Source of the DNA: an uncultured Planctomycetota bacterium
Lineage (GTDB): Bacteria; Planctomycetota; Planctomycetia; Isosphaerales; Isosphaeraceae
DNA length: 64,000 nt
Reading direction: 5' to 3'
Assembly (NCBI GenBank): GCA_963823665.1
Contig: CAWGMQ010000006.1
Coordinates: 1,120,001 to 1,184,000, forward strand
Shown here: positions 39,495 through 49,685 of the stretch, in pieces
Layout: each line of letters opens with the position of its first letter
Position numbering within the stretch: the stretch's first letter is position 1
The notes under the pieces: generated by a model
Seen by the model: the letters and a program-made list of their open reading frames with translations, nothing else
What the model was told of the DNA's origin: nothing
Database searches by the model: none
Program-made: the position numbers and the translations under genes

Positions 39495-39581
39495 TTACGG
39501 CACTTGCCGTCAACCTAGAGGGTTTTTACGGCAGGTGCCGTCAACCTGGTAGATCCTACGGCGACTGCCGTAAGCTGTCAA
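39495..39581 (-). promoter_or_regulatory. Sigma70-type promoter with three palindromic operators
   Basis: Minus-strand TTGACA (39581-39576), 17 bp, TAGGAT (39558-39553); TACGGCR-N2-TGCCGT palindromes at 39495-39513, 39526-39544, 39556-39574. Confidence 0.88.
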
Positions 39582-39724
39582 GTGCCGTGTCAGAATTCTC
39601 GAGGCGGCCGCTCGCGCTACCTGCTGCCAGCGATCGGGTGGAACGATCTGCGTAAAGTGATTCGAGGCGGTCGCATGGCAGTCCTTCCCGGCCCGGCGCC
39701 AGTGCCGGGCGAATCGGCCGTCGG

Positions 39725-40350
39725 TCATCGGACGATCGATCGGGTCGTGAGCGTACAAGGTTTGACGCCTTCCTGGAGATCGGCACCATGTTCCAGAAGG
39801 GGCGAATCCATTGCCAGGAGCAATTGGGTCAGGTTCGGAAGCTCGGCAAGGTGGTGGAGGCCCGCGCCCGGTACGCCATCACCTTGGAGATCCAGCTCTT
39901 TCAAATCTCGCAATGGCTTGAGCATGGCGAGCCCTTCTGGAGAAAACCGGAAGGCACCGAACGTGAAACGGAGCGCCTTGAAATTGACCAGTCGGGCGAC
40001 TGACGCGAGACTTTGATCGGTCAACGAGCCATCTGAACCTCCGCCGCGCCGGCACCGTCAAAAACCAGGTTCACCTCAACCGCCGTGCGGAAGAAGTCGT
40101 CACCGATCGCGGCGCGGAGCCACGATGGCGCCCACGGCTGGCACCCGGATTTGTACGCGCCATTCACGTACTCATCGTCGTAGTGCACGAACCCGCCGTA
40201 TGCCTTCACCTGGGCCACTGCGCGCGCCTGCGTTCGCGCCCGGTTCACCTGCACGCCGAAAAATGCGGCGATCATGATCACGGCCAGAAGCATGGCCCGC
40301 ACGCTGAATTGAATCCACGATCGGCGCTTCTGTTTCGTCTTTGCGACGTC
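39725..40350 (-). pseudogene. Membrane-anchored LRR protein, frameshifted and apparently truncated
   Basis: 'QFSVRAMLLAV...RARTQARAVAQV..YGG.VHYD...PWAPSWLR..IGDDFF' then, in another frame, only two to three LRR units. Confidence 0.65.
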
Positions 40351-40729
40351 CTTACATCCTTCCTTGGGTGGTGTCGCTCGTCGATCCGCGGCGAAACTCG
40401 CTCGACCTCGAGAGTCCGGCCTCTGCACACCGGCCTATCGTCGCGCGCCGGATCGCCGGCGCCAACCCGGAATTGGCCGTTAGCGCGAGGCCATACGCGA
40501 TGGTGCGGACCGGAACGCATGCCGTTCAAGACGCGCTGACCATCGTCCTGATCTGCGAGGACGCGTTCGAGCTTGCCATGGCTCGCCATCACTGTCGCTG
40601 ACGAAATGCACGAGCCGGGGACGCTCACGAGCGAGACCGAAATGGCGCACAAAGGACGGCGCACCAGGTGCGCCGTCCCTCGTGAAGATTGATCAAGATT
40701 CGCAAATCTGGTTTTCTTGCGAGGAGGTC

Positions 40730-41492
40730 TCAGCCAACCTTGGCGAGCGCCGGCGCGTTCCGCGTGGCGGCCGCGGCTTCGACGAAAGCCTCGATCAATT
40801 GCGTGTCGAGGGAGATGTTTCCCTCGTTCTCGGGATGCCATTGCACGCCGGTGACCCACCAGCCCGGATCCCTGCCTTCGAAGGCTTCGATCAGGCCGTC
40901 CGGAGCCAGCGCCGCGGACGCGGAAATTCGGCGCGAGCTTGCGCACTCCCTGGTGATGGTAGCTGTTCACACGAATCTCGCCCGGGCCATAGATCTGCTC
41001 GAGCCGTGTTCCAGGCTGCATCACCACGGTGTGCCGATGAGCGCCCCCGTGCGGGTCGCGGTGCGGAATTGACTTGGGCATGTCCTCCGGCAGATGGACG
41101 TACAAACCACCGCCGCAGACAACGTTCAGTTCTTGCATGCCCAGACCGATGCCGAGCACCGGCATCTTCCGCTGCTGCACCATCCTGCAGAGCATGCGGT
41201 CGGAGAGCTCGCGGCGCTCGGGCACCAAGGTAACGGATGGATGCGGCGTCAGCCCCATCTTCCGCGGGTCGAGGTCATCGCCGCCGGTCAGCACCAGCCC
41301 ATCCAGCTTGTCAAGGATCGGAGAGAGGTCCGATTCCTTGATGAGCGGTGGAATGAAGATGGCCAGGGCGTTGGCCGTCATCAGGATTTCATAATAGCCG
41401 CTATGCAGGTAGCAATGCGGCGTCCGTCCCTTTGCGGGAGCACGGTAATCGGTGTTGATTCCGATCATTGGACGGTACTTCATGGCAGCCAT
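40730..41492 (-). CDS. Peptidase C26 / gamma-glutamyl-GABA hydrolase family protein (frameshift near 40920)
   Basis: 'RPMIGIN', 'LDGLVLTGG.DLDP', 'PVLGIGLGMQELNV', 'VNSYHHQGV', then 'APDGLIEAFE...GVQWHPE' in the next frame. Confidence 0.9.
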
Positions 41493-41602
41493 CCCCTCCT
41501 TGAAATGGACTCGGCGAACTGTTGTTCGCTCTGTTGTCTGCGTGGGATTTCGTACCCGATTGATCCGTCAATCACCTTGCACTTTTCCGGCAAGGGACGG
41601 CG

Positions 41603-41632
41603 AGTCTATCGAGAGCAGTTCAGGAATTTCAA
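41603..41632 (-). promoter_or_regulatory. Possible sigma70 promoter for the C26 gene
   Basis: Minus-strand TTGAAA, 18 bp, TAGACT, with an AT-rich tract upstream. Confidence 0.4.
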
Positions 41633-41837
41633 GCAAAAACCCGAGAGAATTCTGGATTTTTTTCGAAAAAGCCCTGCAATTGCAGTTTGGGAAGCCAGGT
41701 GAGCGATACGGAGCTTCCCAACTCGCGGCATTGCGAACGGGAATGAGCGCGACGCTCGTCACGAACCTCCGGAGGTTGGCAGACGAGCAGCCGCGTGCGC
41801 ACTTGCCTGTAATGGCGGAGCCCCGCTCGTGACTCCC

Positions 41838-43626
41838 TCAGTGCGCCCCGCCCGCTGTTACCGGCCTGGCGTAGTCGCCTTTGAGGTAGCGGATAAGCGT
41901 CTCCAGGTCGCTCGCGGTGATCTGGTCGTCGCCGAACGCAGGCATCTGACCTGGTAGCTTTGCGTCGAGAAAGCCGTATTTGTCGGAGCTTCGCGGGTTG
42001 CGGATCATGTGCGCGATCCACCAAGGCGATCCCCAGCCGAAAAGGTTTGGTGCCCTGCGCATTCCGCCTTTCGTCAGGCCCTCGATGACGTGGCAGGTGC
42101 CGCACTCCTCGACAAACGACTCGCGCCCCGCATGCGTGGCGATTTCGGGCGACTTGAGCCAGTCAACCGGTGTCATTCCTTCGGGAATCGCGGCGAATGC
42201 CGCGACGAAGTCGGCCACTTTGTCGAGATCCGCCGGCTCGAGCCCCGAGCCTTCTTTCCATTCCTTCATGCCGCCGAACTTTGTCTTGCCGAAATACGTC
42301 GGTGATACCGGGTTCTCCAGCAGGCCGCGAACCCACTGCCGCGTGCCGAAGTCCTTGAGGTCAGACGCGGTCTGTGTTCCAGTGCTTTTGCCTTCAAACT
42401 GGTGACAGCCCAGACAGCGCCGATCGAGAATGCTGCTGCCCTGGGAGAGCGGGTCCCGGCGCAGGATGTACACGACGCGCCGTCGGGCGGAATGCCCACG
42501 TCTGGCAGCCCGGCCAGGTAGAGTGCCCGCTGCCGGGCTGCGTCGGCGTTCTTTCGGCCCTGCTGGAACAACGCGTCTCGCCCGTCGTCGATCATCGCCT
42601 GTACCGTCAGGTAACCGGCCGCACCGACAACGCGCAAAGACAAAGCCGCACGCCAGGAAATGGGCCAGCTTCCGCGGCAAGCACGCGGTCAAGGAACGGC
42701 AGGAGCATCATCACGACCACGAGCGCAGTCGGGATGACAATCGTGCCGATGATCTCGCTGCTGCCCGGAAAGAGCTTGAGCATCTGGAAGAGAGACAGGA
42801 AATACCACTCGGGGCGAGCGGGGTAGTCTGAGCTGGCCGGGTCGGCCGGGGCATCCAGGTTGGCGCCGCCCTCGGCGAGCACGAGCACGATCACGACGCC
42901 CAGGACGAGGGCGGACGCGATCGTGTCCATGAAGAGCTGCTCGGGCCAGAACGTGGCGGTCGGGCGGTTCTCGGAACCGGCGGGTGCGGTGATGCCGTGG
43001 CGTCTGAACAGAGCGACGTGTGCGACCAGGCAAAGCACGAGCAGCACGGGCAGGAAGCCGACGTGAAGGCCGTAGAAACGGGTGACGGTCTGGTTGCCGT
43101 AGTCGGGGCCGCCGACGATCGTCTTCTGGAGGTACGGTCCGATTCCCGGTGCGCCGCCCATGATGTTGGTTGCGACCTTGGTGGCCCAGTAGCCTTTCTG
43201 GTCCCAGGGAAGCAGGTAGCCGGTCAGGCTGAAGCCGAGTGTCAGGAAGAGGAGTGCCATTCCGAACCACCAGTTGAGCTCGCGCGGCCGGCGATAGGCG
43301 CCGGCGATGAGCACTTGAAGCAGGTGCAAGACCAGGAGCACGACCATGGCCTGCGCTGCGAAGTGGTGCACGCCGCGAATGAACCAGCCGCCCCACATGT
43401 CGTGGCTGATAAAAAAGACGCTGCCCCAGGCCGTCGACGACGAGGGGCTGTACGAGGTCATCAGCAAGAGCCCGGTGAAGACCTGGACCATGAAGATCAC
43501 CGAGAGCGCCGAGCCGAAGACGTAGCGCCAGCGAGCGCCGCCGGGTATCGGCTCGTCGAGCGCTTCGTGCATGAGATGGCGGTAACCGGTCCGGTGATCG
43601 AGCCAGTCAGCCAGTTGCTTAAACAA
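41838..43626 (-). CDS. petB: Cytochrome b/b6 plus subunit IV fused to a diheme cytochrome c (frameshifts around 42480-42690)
   Basis: 'GWFIRGVHH', 'TGYLLPWDQKGYWA', 'RFYGLH', 'ARPEWYFL'; downstream CLGCH and CGTCH heme-c motifs. Confidence 0.9.
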
Positions 43627-44144
43627 GGGGTTGCTGCTCCTCGCTCTGGGTGCGGAACCGCTCGAACTTGACGCGGACCTCGGGGTCATCGCCCTCGGTC
43701 AGCTCGACCTTGAGGCGATCCATCGGCCGCGGGGGAACCGGGTTGGTGGGCTTTCCTTCGAAGTCGAACGAGCTGGTGTGGCAGGGGCAGAGGAACCCCT
43801 TCTTGTCGGCCGAGAGATTGATGGCACAGCCCAGGTGCGGGCATTCGGACGTGAAGGCGATGACCGGCGGACTCGGCTTCCTTGGGCTGGCGGATGAGCC
43901 AGACCGAGCCGACCGGCTCGCGGGGATATTTCACCCAGGCGTCGCGCCGGTCTTTGATGATCGCGAACGAGCGGGGAACTCCCGCGTCGAGCTGGCTGAG
44001 CCGAGTGAGCGTCTCGAACGATCCTTCGCCTTCCTTCTTTCGCAGTGGAGAGACCACATACGCCACGCCGGGCACGGCCAGCACGAGCCCCATCAAGCTG
44101 CCGACGGCCATGGTGGCGTATCGGTAAAAGTCGCGTCGGGTCAT
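43619..44144 (-). CDS. petC: Rieske 2Fe-2S protein (frameshift near 43870)
   Basis: Tat-like 'TRRDF', membrane helix, then CPHLGC and CPCH motifs in the next frame; stop overlaps the cytochrome b start. Confidence 0.9.
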
Positions 44145-44485
44145 TCGTGGGTGTGCTCCCCGGGGACAGTGGGACGTGCGGACTGATGTCAGCGGGCGCG
44201 AAGGCAGGATCTCTCCAGTGAGCTAATATAGCGAACGGCTCGCAGATTTCCACCGTTTGCTGCGTCGGAGCCCAGGCGACACGACAGACGTTGAACTCTG
44301 TGCGGCGCTCCGTTGGACTCGGGACGCAACCGGATGCGAAGAGCACTGAGTTTAATTTCGCATTCGCTAGAAGCCCGATGGCGGGATGGGCTTGGGAGGC
44401 GCGTTGGTGATAAAGTCGGAAAATACTCAGCGATGACATCGATCTGCCGTGCGAACGAGACGGCGAAGGACCAAATCGAATCAAG

Positions 44486-44935
44486 ATGCGTGCTCTTATT
44501 CTCGAAGACAATCTCGATCGGCGAGTTGCCATGACCGGCCGATTGGCCAAAAGGTTTCCACTCCTTCGCGTTACCTTCTTTGACGCGTCGAAGGCCATGA
44601 TCGATTTCATGAAATCTGATGAATTGCTGGATGTTGCAATGATCTCCCTCGACCACGACCTTGAGTTTATCGCGGGCGTAAACGGTGACTGGGTTGATCC
44701 AGGCACAGGTCTGGAAGTTGCGAAATGGCTTTCGGAACAACCCAAGCCGATTTGTCCCGTCGTGGTGCATACGACAAATTCGCGTGAAGGCGACAAGATG
44801 ATGCGGCTATTGAAGAAAACGCATTGGGTATCGCATCGGGTTATACCGCACGGCGACCTCGAGTGGATCGATACGGTTTGGTTTCGAGTTGTAAGAAACG
44901 CGATCGTCGATTTTGCCCGCAACAAGCTCGCATAA
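44486..44935 (+). CDS. Cyclic-phosphate-processing receiver-like domain protein
   Basis: 'LILEDN', 'ISLDHDL', 'GTGLEVAKWL', 'VVVHTTN' match the LDHDL/G.G/H..N pattern of that divergent receiver family. Confidence 0.78.
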   Translation: MRALILEDNLDRRVAMTGRLAKRFPLLRVTFFDASKAMIDFMKSDELLDVAMISLDHDLEFIAGVNGDWVDPGTGLEVAKWLSEQPKPICPVVVHTTNSREGDKMMRLLKKTHWVSHRVIPHGDLEWIDTVWFRVVRNAIVDFARNKLA

Positions 44936-45047
44936 TCTCACTGCGAGCCGAAGGAGAGGTAAATCGTCGAGTCGAAGACAGCAAAAACGATCAAGCGGCA
45001 CATCCGGTCATCGCGTAAAAACCTGGAACACAGTGGGAGCAAGACTC

Positions 45048-45881
45048 ATGGATCCGGTTCAAAAAGCGCTCTGGTACGTCGAAAGTCACTCGCGAGAACC
45101 CATCACTCTCGAGGACATCGCGAGTGCCTGCAAGGTGTCGCCGTTTCACTTGACGCGCCTGTTTGCCACCACCATGGGGCTCTCGCTCATGCGGTACGTT
45201 CGTGCTCGCCGCTTGTGTGAAGCCGCGCGGCAGCTTGCGCAGGGCGCTGACGATATTCTGGCCGTCGCCCTCGCCGTGGGATACGGCTCTCACGAGGCGT
45301 TCACACGCGCGTTCCGTGATCAATTCGGCCTGACTCCGGAGCAGGTTCGCGCCCAGAGTCATCTCAACAACATCAAACTCGTGGAGGCTATTCCGATGAA
45401 CGCTACACCCCTTCCCGACCTTGCCCCACCACGCTTCGAAACGCTCGAGCCGATGCTCCTGGCCGGCCTGGTCGAGCGCTACAACTGTGAGTCGGCGGCA
45501 GGCATCTCCGACCAGTGGCAGCGCTTCTCACCCTACTTCGGATCGTTCAAGAAGCAAGTGGGAATGCATGCCTACGGCGCGAGCTTCAAATTCGACAACG
45601 AATCCAACTTCGACTATTTGTGCGGCGTCCAGGTAGCCAGTGCCGCTGATTTGCCCAAGGGTTTGACGAGCCTGTCGGTTCCCAAGCACAAATACGCCGT
45701 GTTCAAACACGTCGGTCATGTCGCAGGCGTCCGGGCCACATTCGCCGCGATCTGGAACAAATGGCTTCCCGAGTCGGGGTTTCAGGTCGCGGATGCCCCA
45801 ACTTTTGAGCGATATGGTCCCGAGTTTAACCCGATGACGGGCATGGGCGGGTTTGAGATCTGGGTGCCGATCCGGGAGTGA
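45048..45881 (+). CDS. AraC-family regulator with GyrI-like effector domain
   Basis: 'LEDIA...SPFHLTRLF...GYGSHEAFTRAFRDQFG.TP'; C-terminal 'YAVF.H...IWNKWLP...FERY...EIWVPI'. Confidence 0.95.
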   Translation: MDPVQKALWYVESHSREPITLEDIASACKVSPFHLTRLFATTMGLSLMRYVRARRLCEAARQLAQGADDILAVALAVGYGSHEAFTRAFRDQFGLTPEQVRAQSHLNNIKLVEAIPMNATPLPDLAPPRFETLEPMLLAGLVERYNCESAAGISDQWQRFSPYFGSFKKQVGMHAYGASFKFDNESNFDYLCGVQVASAADLPKGLTSLSVPKHKYAVFKHVGHVAGVRATFAAIWNKWLPESGFQVADAPTFERYGPEFNPMTGMGGFEIWVPIRE

Positions 45882-46022
45882 GCGGCGTCACGATATTCTC
45901 TGGAGACCGGAACGGATCCGGCTCGCACGCGTCTAATCCAGGTAGGCAAGCGACCTTCTCGCATTGATGGTGGCTGTTTCGGGTGTCGAGGGAATGTTCG
46001 ATCGTGCGCGCGGAGACAGCTC

Positions 46023-47285
46023 ATGAGTCACTCTCCGCGCAGCTTTACGTGGATGACGTTCGTGGTCATGGTGGGCGCAAGCACAGGCGGTGGCGCCGTG
46101 TGGCTCTTTTCGCGGATCGATCCCAACCGACTGCGAACGAAACCGGTCGGTGTGGTCGCCAAGCCGGTCACCGCCAAAGCACCGCCGGTGGTCACCTACC
46201 GCTTGGGACACCATCGTGTCGCGCTCAAGTTTCGGATCGAGGACGCAGCCAGTCATAGCCCAATCAACCTGGCCCGCGTTCGAATCGAGAATCTGAATCT
46301 CGCCGCCGAACTGGGCACGGACTCGGAGGCGGTGACCTCGCCTGACGGGCATGCGCAGGTCAGCCATGCCTTCCTCGCATTCGAAGAACGGCAAGGTGCG
46401 GATTCGATGGTCCGCATCAGTTTTCAGGGGCCCTGGATCTCCGTCTCCTGCGCCGGATTTGAGACGAGGAAGTTGCCGCTCTCGGAGCTTCTGAGCGATC
46501 TGGACTGGCGCACCGCGCCCGACGTATTCATGCGATTTCCCCACCCGCAGGAAGTGGTAGTGGAGCTCCAGACTGGACCGACCAAGACACGCCCACTATC
46601 CGTGCTGGCCGGGGACTACACTTACCAGGATGACTGCGCCGGTGTGCTCCTTCGGATCACGACGGACGGGACCTATCAGTATTCGTATTGGAACGACACC
46701 GGCGGGCAGCTCGAATTCCAAGGCACCTGCTCGGCCGGCGACGGCGCTCTGCGATTGACTCCGACCGGGCCGTACTCGTCAAGCGTCGGATACCTGGCGG
46801 GCGATTTTATTCCAATTGATTGGGGCGATCGTGCCTTTCTGGTGCCTGAAAAAGACCGATTGCTCTTCTGTAGCGCTGGGAATGGTGCTTTCATCCCTCA
46901 TTGCGTGAGCCGCGGCCCCGGTAAGGCATACCCTGGTCCATTTGCGCGGCGGACCCTCGAAGGCGTCCCGAAAGTTCCACGTGAGTGGAAGCCGTTTCTG
47001 CTCTCCACGCCGGTGGTCGGATCGATCACCGATCTCATCTCGCAGGATATGGTGCTGATCGACAAGGGAGCGAAAGATGGAATCCGGGCCGGCATGGTGA
47101 TGTTGCGAGCGAATGATACCAATTCGCCGCTCTACACGGTCCTTTACGTCGAGGACGGTCGGTGCCTGATCAAGGACTCGCGGCATTACGATCCGATCGT
47201 CGAGCACTTCCGATACCCTGAGCCATTCCCGTTGACGGTCGGGCGGAAGATGTCGACTCGTTTGCCGGTTCCCGACACGAAATGA
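46023..47285 (+). CDS. Hypothetical protein with N-terminal membrane anchor
   Basis: 420-aa ORF, GGAG RBS, hydrophobic N-terminus; C-terminal 'VLIDKGAKDGIRAGM' beta-barrel-like motif. Confidence 0.75.
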   Translation: MSHSPRSFTWMTFVVMVGASTGGGAVWLFSRIDPNRLRTKPVGVVAKPVTAKAPPVVTYRLGHHRVALKFRIEDAASHSPINLARVRIENLNLAAELGTDSEAVTSPDGHAQVSHAFLAFEERQGADSMVRISFQGPWISVSCAGFETRKLPLSELLSDLDWRTAPDVFMRFPHPQEVVVELQTGPTKTRPLSVLAGDYTYQDDCAGVLLRITTDGTYQYSYWNDTGGQLEFQGTCSAGDGALRLTPTGPYSSSVGYLAGDFIPIDWGDRAFLVPEKDRLLFCSAGNGAFIPHCVSRGPGKAYPGPFARRTLEGVPKVPREWKPFLLSTPVVGSITDLISQDMVLIDKGAKDGIRAGMVMLRANDTNSPLYTVLYVEDGRCLIKDSRHYDPIVEHFRYPEPFPLTVGRKMSTRLPVPDTK

Positions 47286-47295
47286 GCCCATCAAA

Positions 47296-48127
47296 TCAAT
47301 CGAACCACGTCAGGCGCGGCAGAGCTTTCTTGAGGTCTGCGCGACCAGCCGCGGTCACCGCGGTGTCTTGCGTCGACAGACTTTCGAGGCTCTTCAATCC
47401 TTTCAGATGTTTGGGGCGGCGTCGCTGACCTGCGTGCGGTTAAGCCGTAGGTCCCAGAGGGTGGTCAGTCGCTCGACGTGCCGCAAACCAGCATCGGTAA
47501 TCTTGGTATCACTGAGATCGAGGAATTGGAGATTGGTGAGGCCCTTGAGCCTCGCCAGGCCATCGTCGCTGATTCTGGTGCCCAGCAAGGAGAGGTTGCG
47601 AAGTCCGGTCAGTCCCTTCAAGTGATCCAACCCCTCATCGGTGACTTGCGTGCCCTGGAGAAAGAGGACAGTGAGGTTCTTCATACCCTCGAGGTGGACC
47701 AGTGCTCTGTCGGTGACATTCGTATCCGAAAGGTACAGATCATGGAGTGCCGGGAAAGACGCGACGCGTGCCAGGTCCGTATCGGTACACCGCGCTTCTT
47801 GAGTGAATGAGACTCCGATGACGTGGTCGAGAACGTCGATTTCCACGCGATCGGCGAGCGACTTCGGCAACAAGCATTGCGGGCGCCAGGGGAGATCACC
47901 GCGCGAATACCAGATGACGCATCCGCCCCGGGCGTTGACATAATCTCGCCCGTAATACCGAACGAAGCCCCCATTTCTTTCAACGGCGCACACAGCCTCT
48001 CGCTGGATGCGGGCACGCGCGCAATCCAGCCGAACCAAAGGCCAGTTATCAACACAACGACCATCAGCCCGCGCACGCTGAATCGCAGAAATCTTCGCCA
48101 GGTCCAGGTGGACGGACCGGCTAGCAT
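47296..48127 (-). CDS. Membrane-anchored LRR protein (frameshifted)
   Basis: 'RFSVRGLMVVVLI' N-terminus, 'ARIQREAV.AVE..GG', repeated 'L.L.xT.VTD.GL.HL'; ends 'LKKALP'. Breaks near 48020 and 47410. Confidence 0.78.
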
Positions 48128-48201
48128 TTTGCTCGATCTCCAGAAATGGCGGGTTGATTGCGCGAGAAGCATTCCGCTCGACGGGTCTTCGCCAATCATC
48201 G

Positions 48202-48816
48202 TCAGGGCAGCAAATCGTCGACCGCTAACGTTCCCAGCGCGACTCCGTAGAGCGACACCGGCACGTGGGAACCTCGCGGGTAATCGACGTGACCGCGATA
48301 GCCGGTCTCGTTGGGGTCCGTGTAGACTTCAACTCGGCGGTCGATCAGATTGACGACCCAGTACATGGGAATTCTTGCTCGCGCGTAAGCTTGTAGCTTC
48401 TCGCCGCGGTCTCGATCAAGGCTCGCCTCGGCGACCTCCACGATCAGGCCGACGTCGCCCGGACCGGGGTGACGCGTCTTATAGTCGACGCGCGTTCCGC
48501 GCACGACGGTGACGTCCGGCTCCGGTTCGTCAAACTCCGGTATCCGTACAGGGCCTTCGCGACGAAGCAGCCAACCCGCAGGAAGGAGCCGCGCAAGCCC
48601 GATTTCGGTCGCATCGACCGACCACACGTGCGGTGGGTTCTTTCCCATTTTTCTTACCAACAGGCCGTAGAGCAGCTCAATCCTGGAGCCGTCGGAACCC
48701 CCAAGTGCGACTAATCGCTCGTATTCGCTGACGTTCATCCTGCTGCACTCCCGGAAAGGCGTTTCCGTTGTTGCGTTGCGAGTGCCGCTCGACAGCGCAG
48801 GTAATGAGCGTATCAT
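48202..48816 (-). CDS. Uma2 (DUF820) family PD-(D/E)XK endonuclease
   Basis: 'EYERL...RIELL.G', 'EPEPDV', 'LIVEVAEASL.RDR..K...YA.A.IP.YWVVNL'. Start uncertain. Confidence 0.9.
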   Translation of the reverse strand: MIRSLPALSSGTRNATTETPFRECSRMNVSEYERLVALGGSDGSRIELLYGLLVRKMGKNPPHVWSVDATEIGLARLLPAGWLLRREGPVRIPEFDEPEPDVTVVRGTRVDYKTRHPGPGDVGLIVEVAEASLDRDRGEKLQAYARARIPMYWVVNLIDRRVEVYTDPNETGYRGHVDYPRGSHVPVSLYGVALGTLAVDDLLP

Positions 48817-48863
48817 GGGTGCGGCACGGCACCTACTACGATCATGTCACCGAAAGAGGACCC

Positions 48864-49373
48864 ATGACTGTACCGATACTGATTGTTGTCCTATCCGTCT
48901 GGATCGGCGTCCTGGTGATTTACTTGCGGATGATGAAGAACGCGCGAGCTGCCGAACTTGCGCGGGAGAGTCCTGCCATCGAGCAGACTGTCGCGACTCA
49001 GTGGAATGCGCATTCGATTTCGCGCCGCATGGCCGTGAGCGCATTCTGGACTGTGGCCGTCGTCGGCCTGGGCTTCCTCTGGGAGCGACCGCTCCAGGGC
49101 CGAGGTCGCATCAAGTGGACGGCGGCGACGCTCGGCGGCTCACTCATCATCTCGGCGATGATCGGTGCGATGCTCGGTTATCTTTTCGTCGTGAGGGACC
49201 TCGTCGCGGAACGGAGGTCGAAGGGGCAGCGCGTTAATCTCGTGTTGCGAGCCTACTTCAACTCCGGATTTATTTCGCTTTTCTTGTGGATTCTCACCGG
49301 ATTGGTCGCGGCGATCGCCGGTATCTTTGTTTACGGCGCGGTCTTGGTTTCCCGCGTACGACCGGCACGCTAA
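48864..49373 (+). CDS. Hypothetical membrane protein
   Basis: GAGGA RBS; four hydrophobic segments. Confidence 0.7.
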   Translation: MTVPILIVVLSVWIGVLVIYLRMMKNARAAELARESPAIEQTVATQWNAHSISRRMAVSAFWTVAVVGLGFLWERPLQGRGRIKWTAATLGGSLIISAMIGAMLGYLFVVRDLVAERRSKGQRVNLVLRAYFNSGFISLFLWILTGLVAAIAGIFVYGAVLVSRVRPAR

Positions 49374-49685
49374 GACCTGCCGGCCGAATCCGCCTGGGGC
49401 TGCCGACCGCGCGATTCAGTCCATTGGCTCGCAGTTCTCGATCGCGAAGATCGCGCCCGGCCCGCGGATGGCGTACTGCCGGCGGCAACAAAAGTCCGAT
49501 CTCACGCTTTCCCGCTCGATTCGCGTCGTCGGTGTCAAGAATGCCCTTCAGCACCCGGGGAAGCCCGCTGAGCTCGGCGGTTGAAACCGGGCAACGACAT
49601 CTGGATTCGCGGCAGTCGTTATCTTATGGTAGAGGCTGAATGCTGACATCCAATCACGGATTACGCAGGCTACGAGGTATTTCCG

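Noticed and set aside
39495..39574. Three regularly spaced palindromic repeats as a mini CRISPR array
   Set aside because: Gaps are only about 11-12 bp, no cas genes are present, and the repeats overlap a promoter upstream of a repressor; operators explain them.
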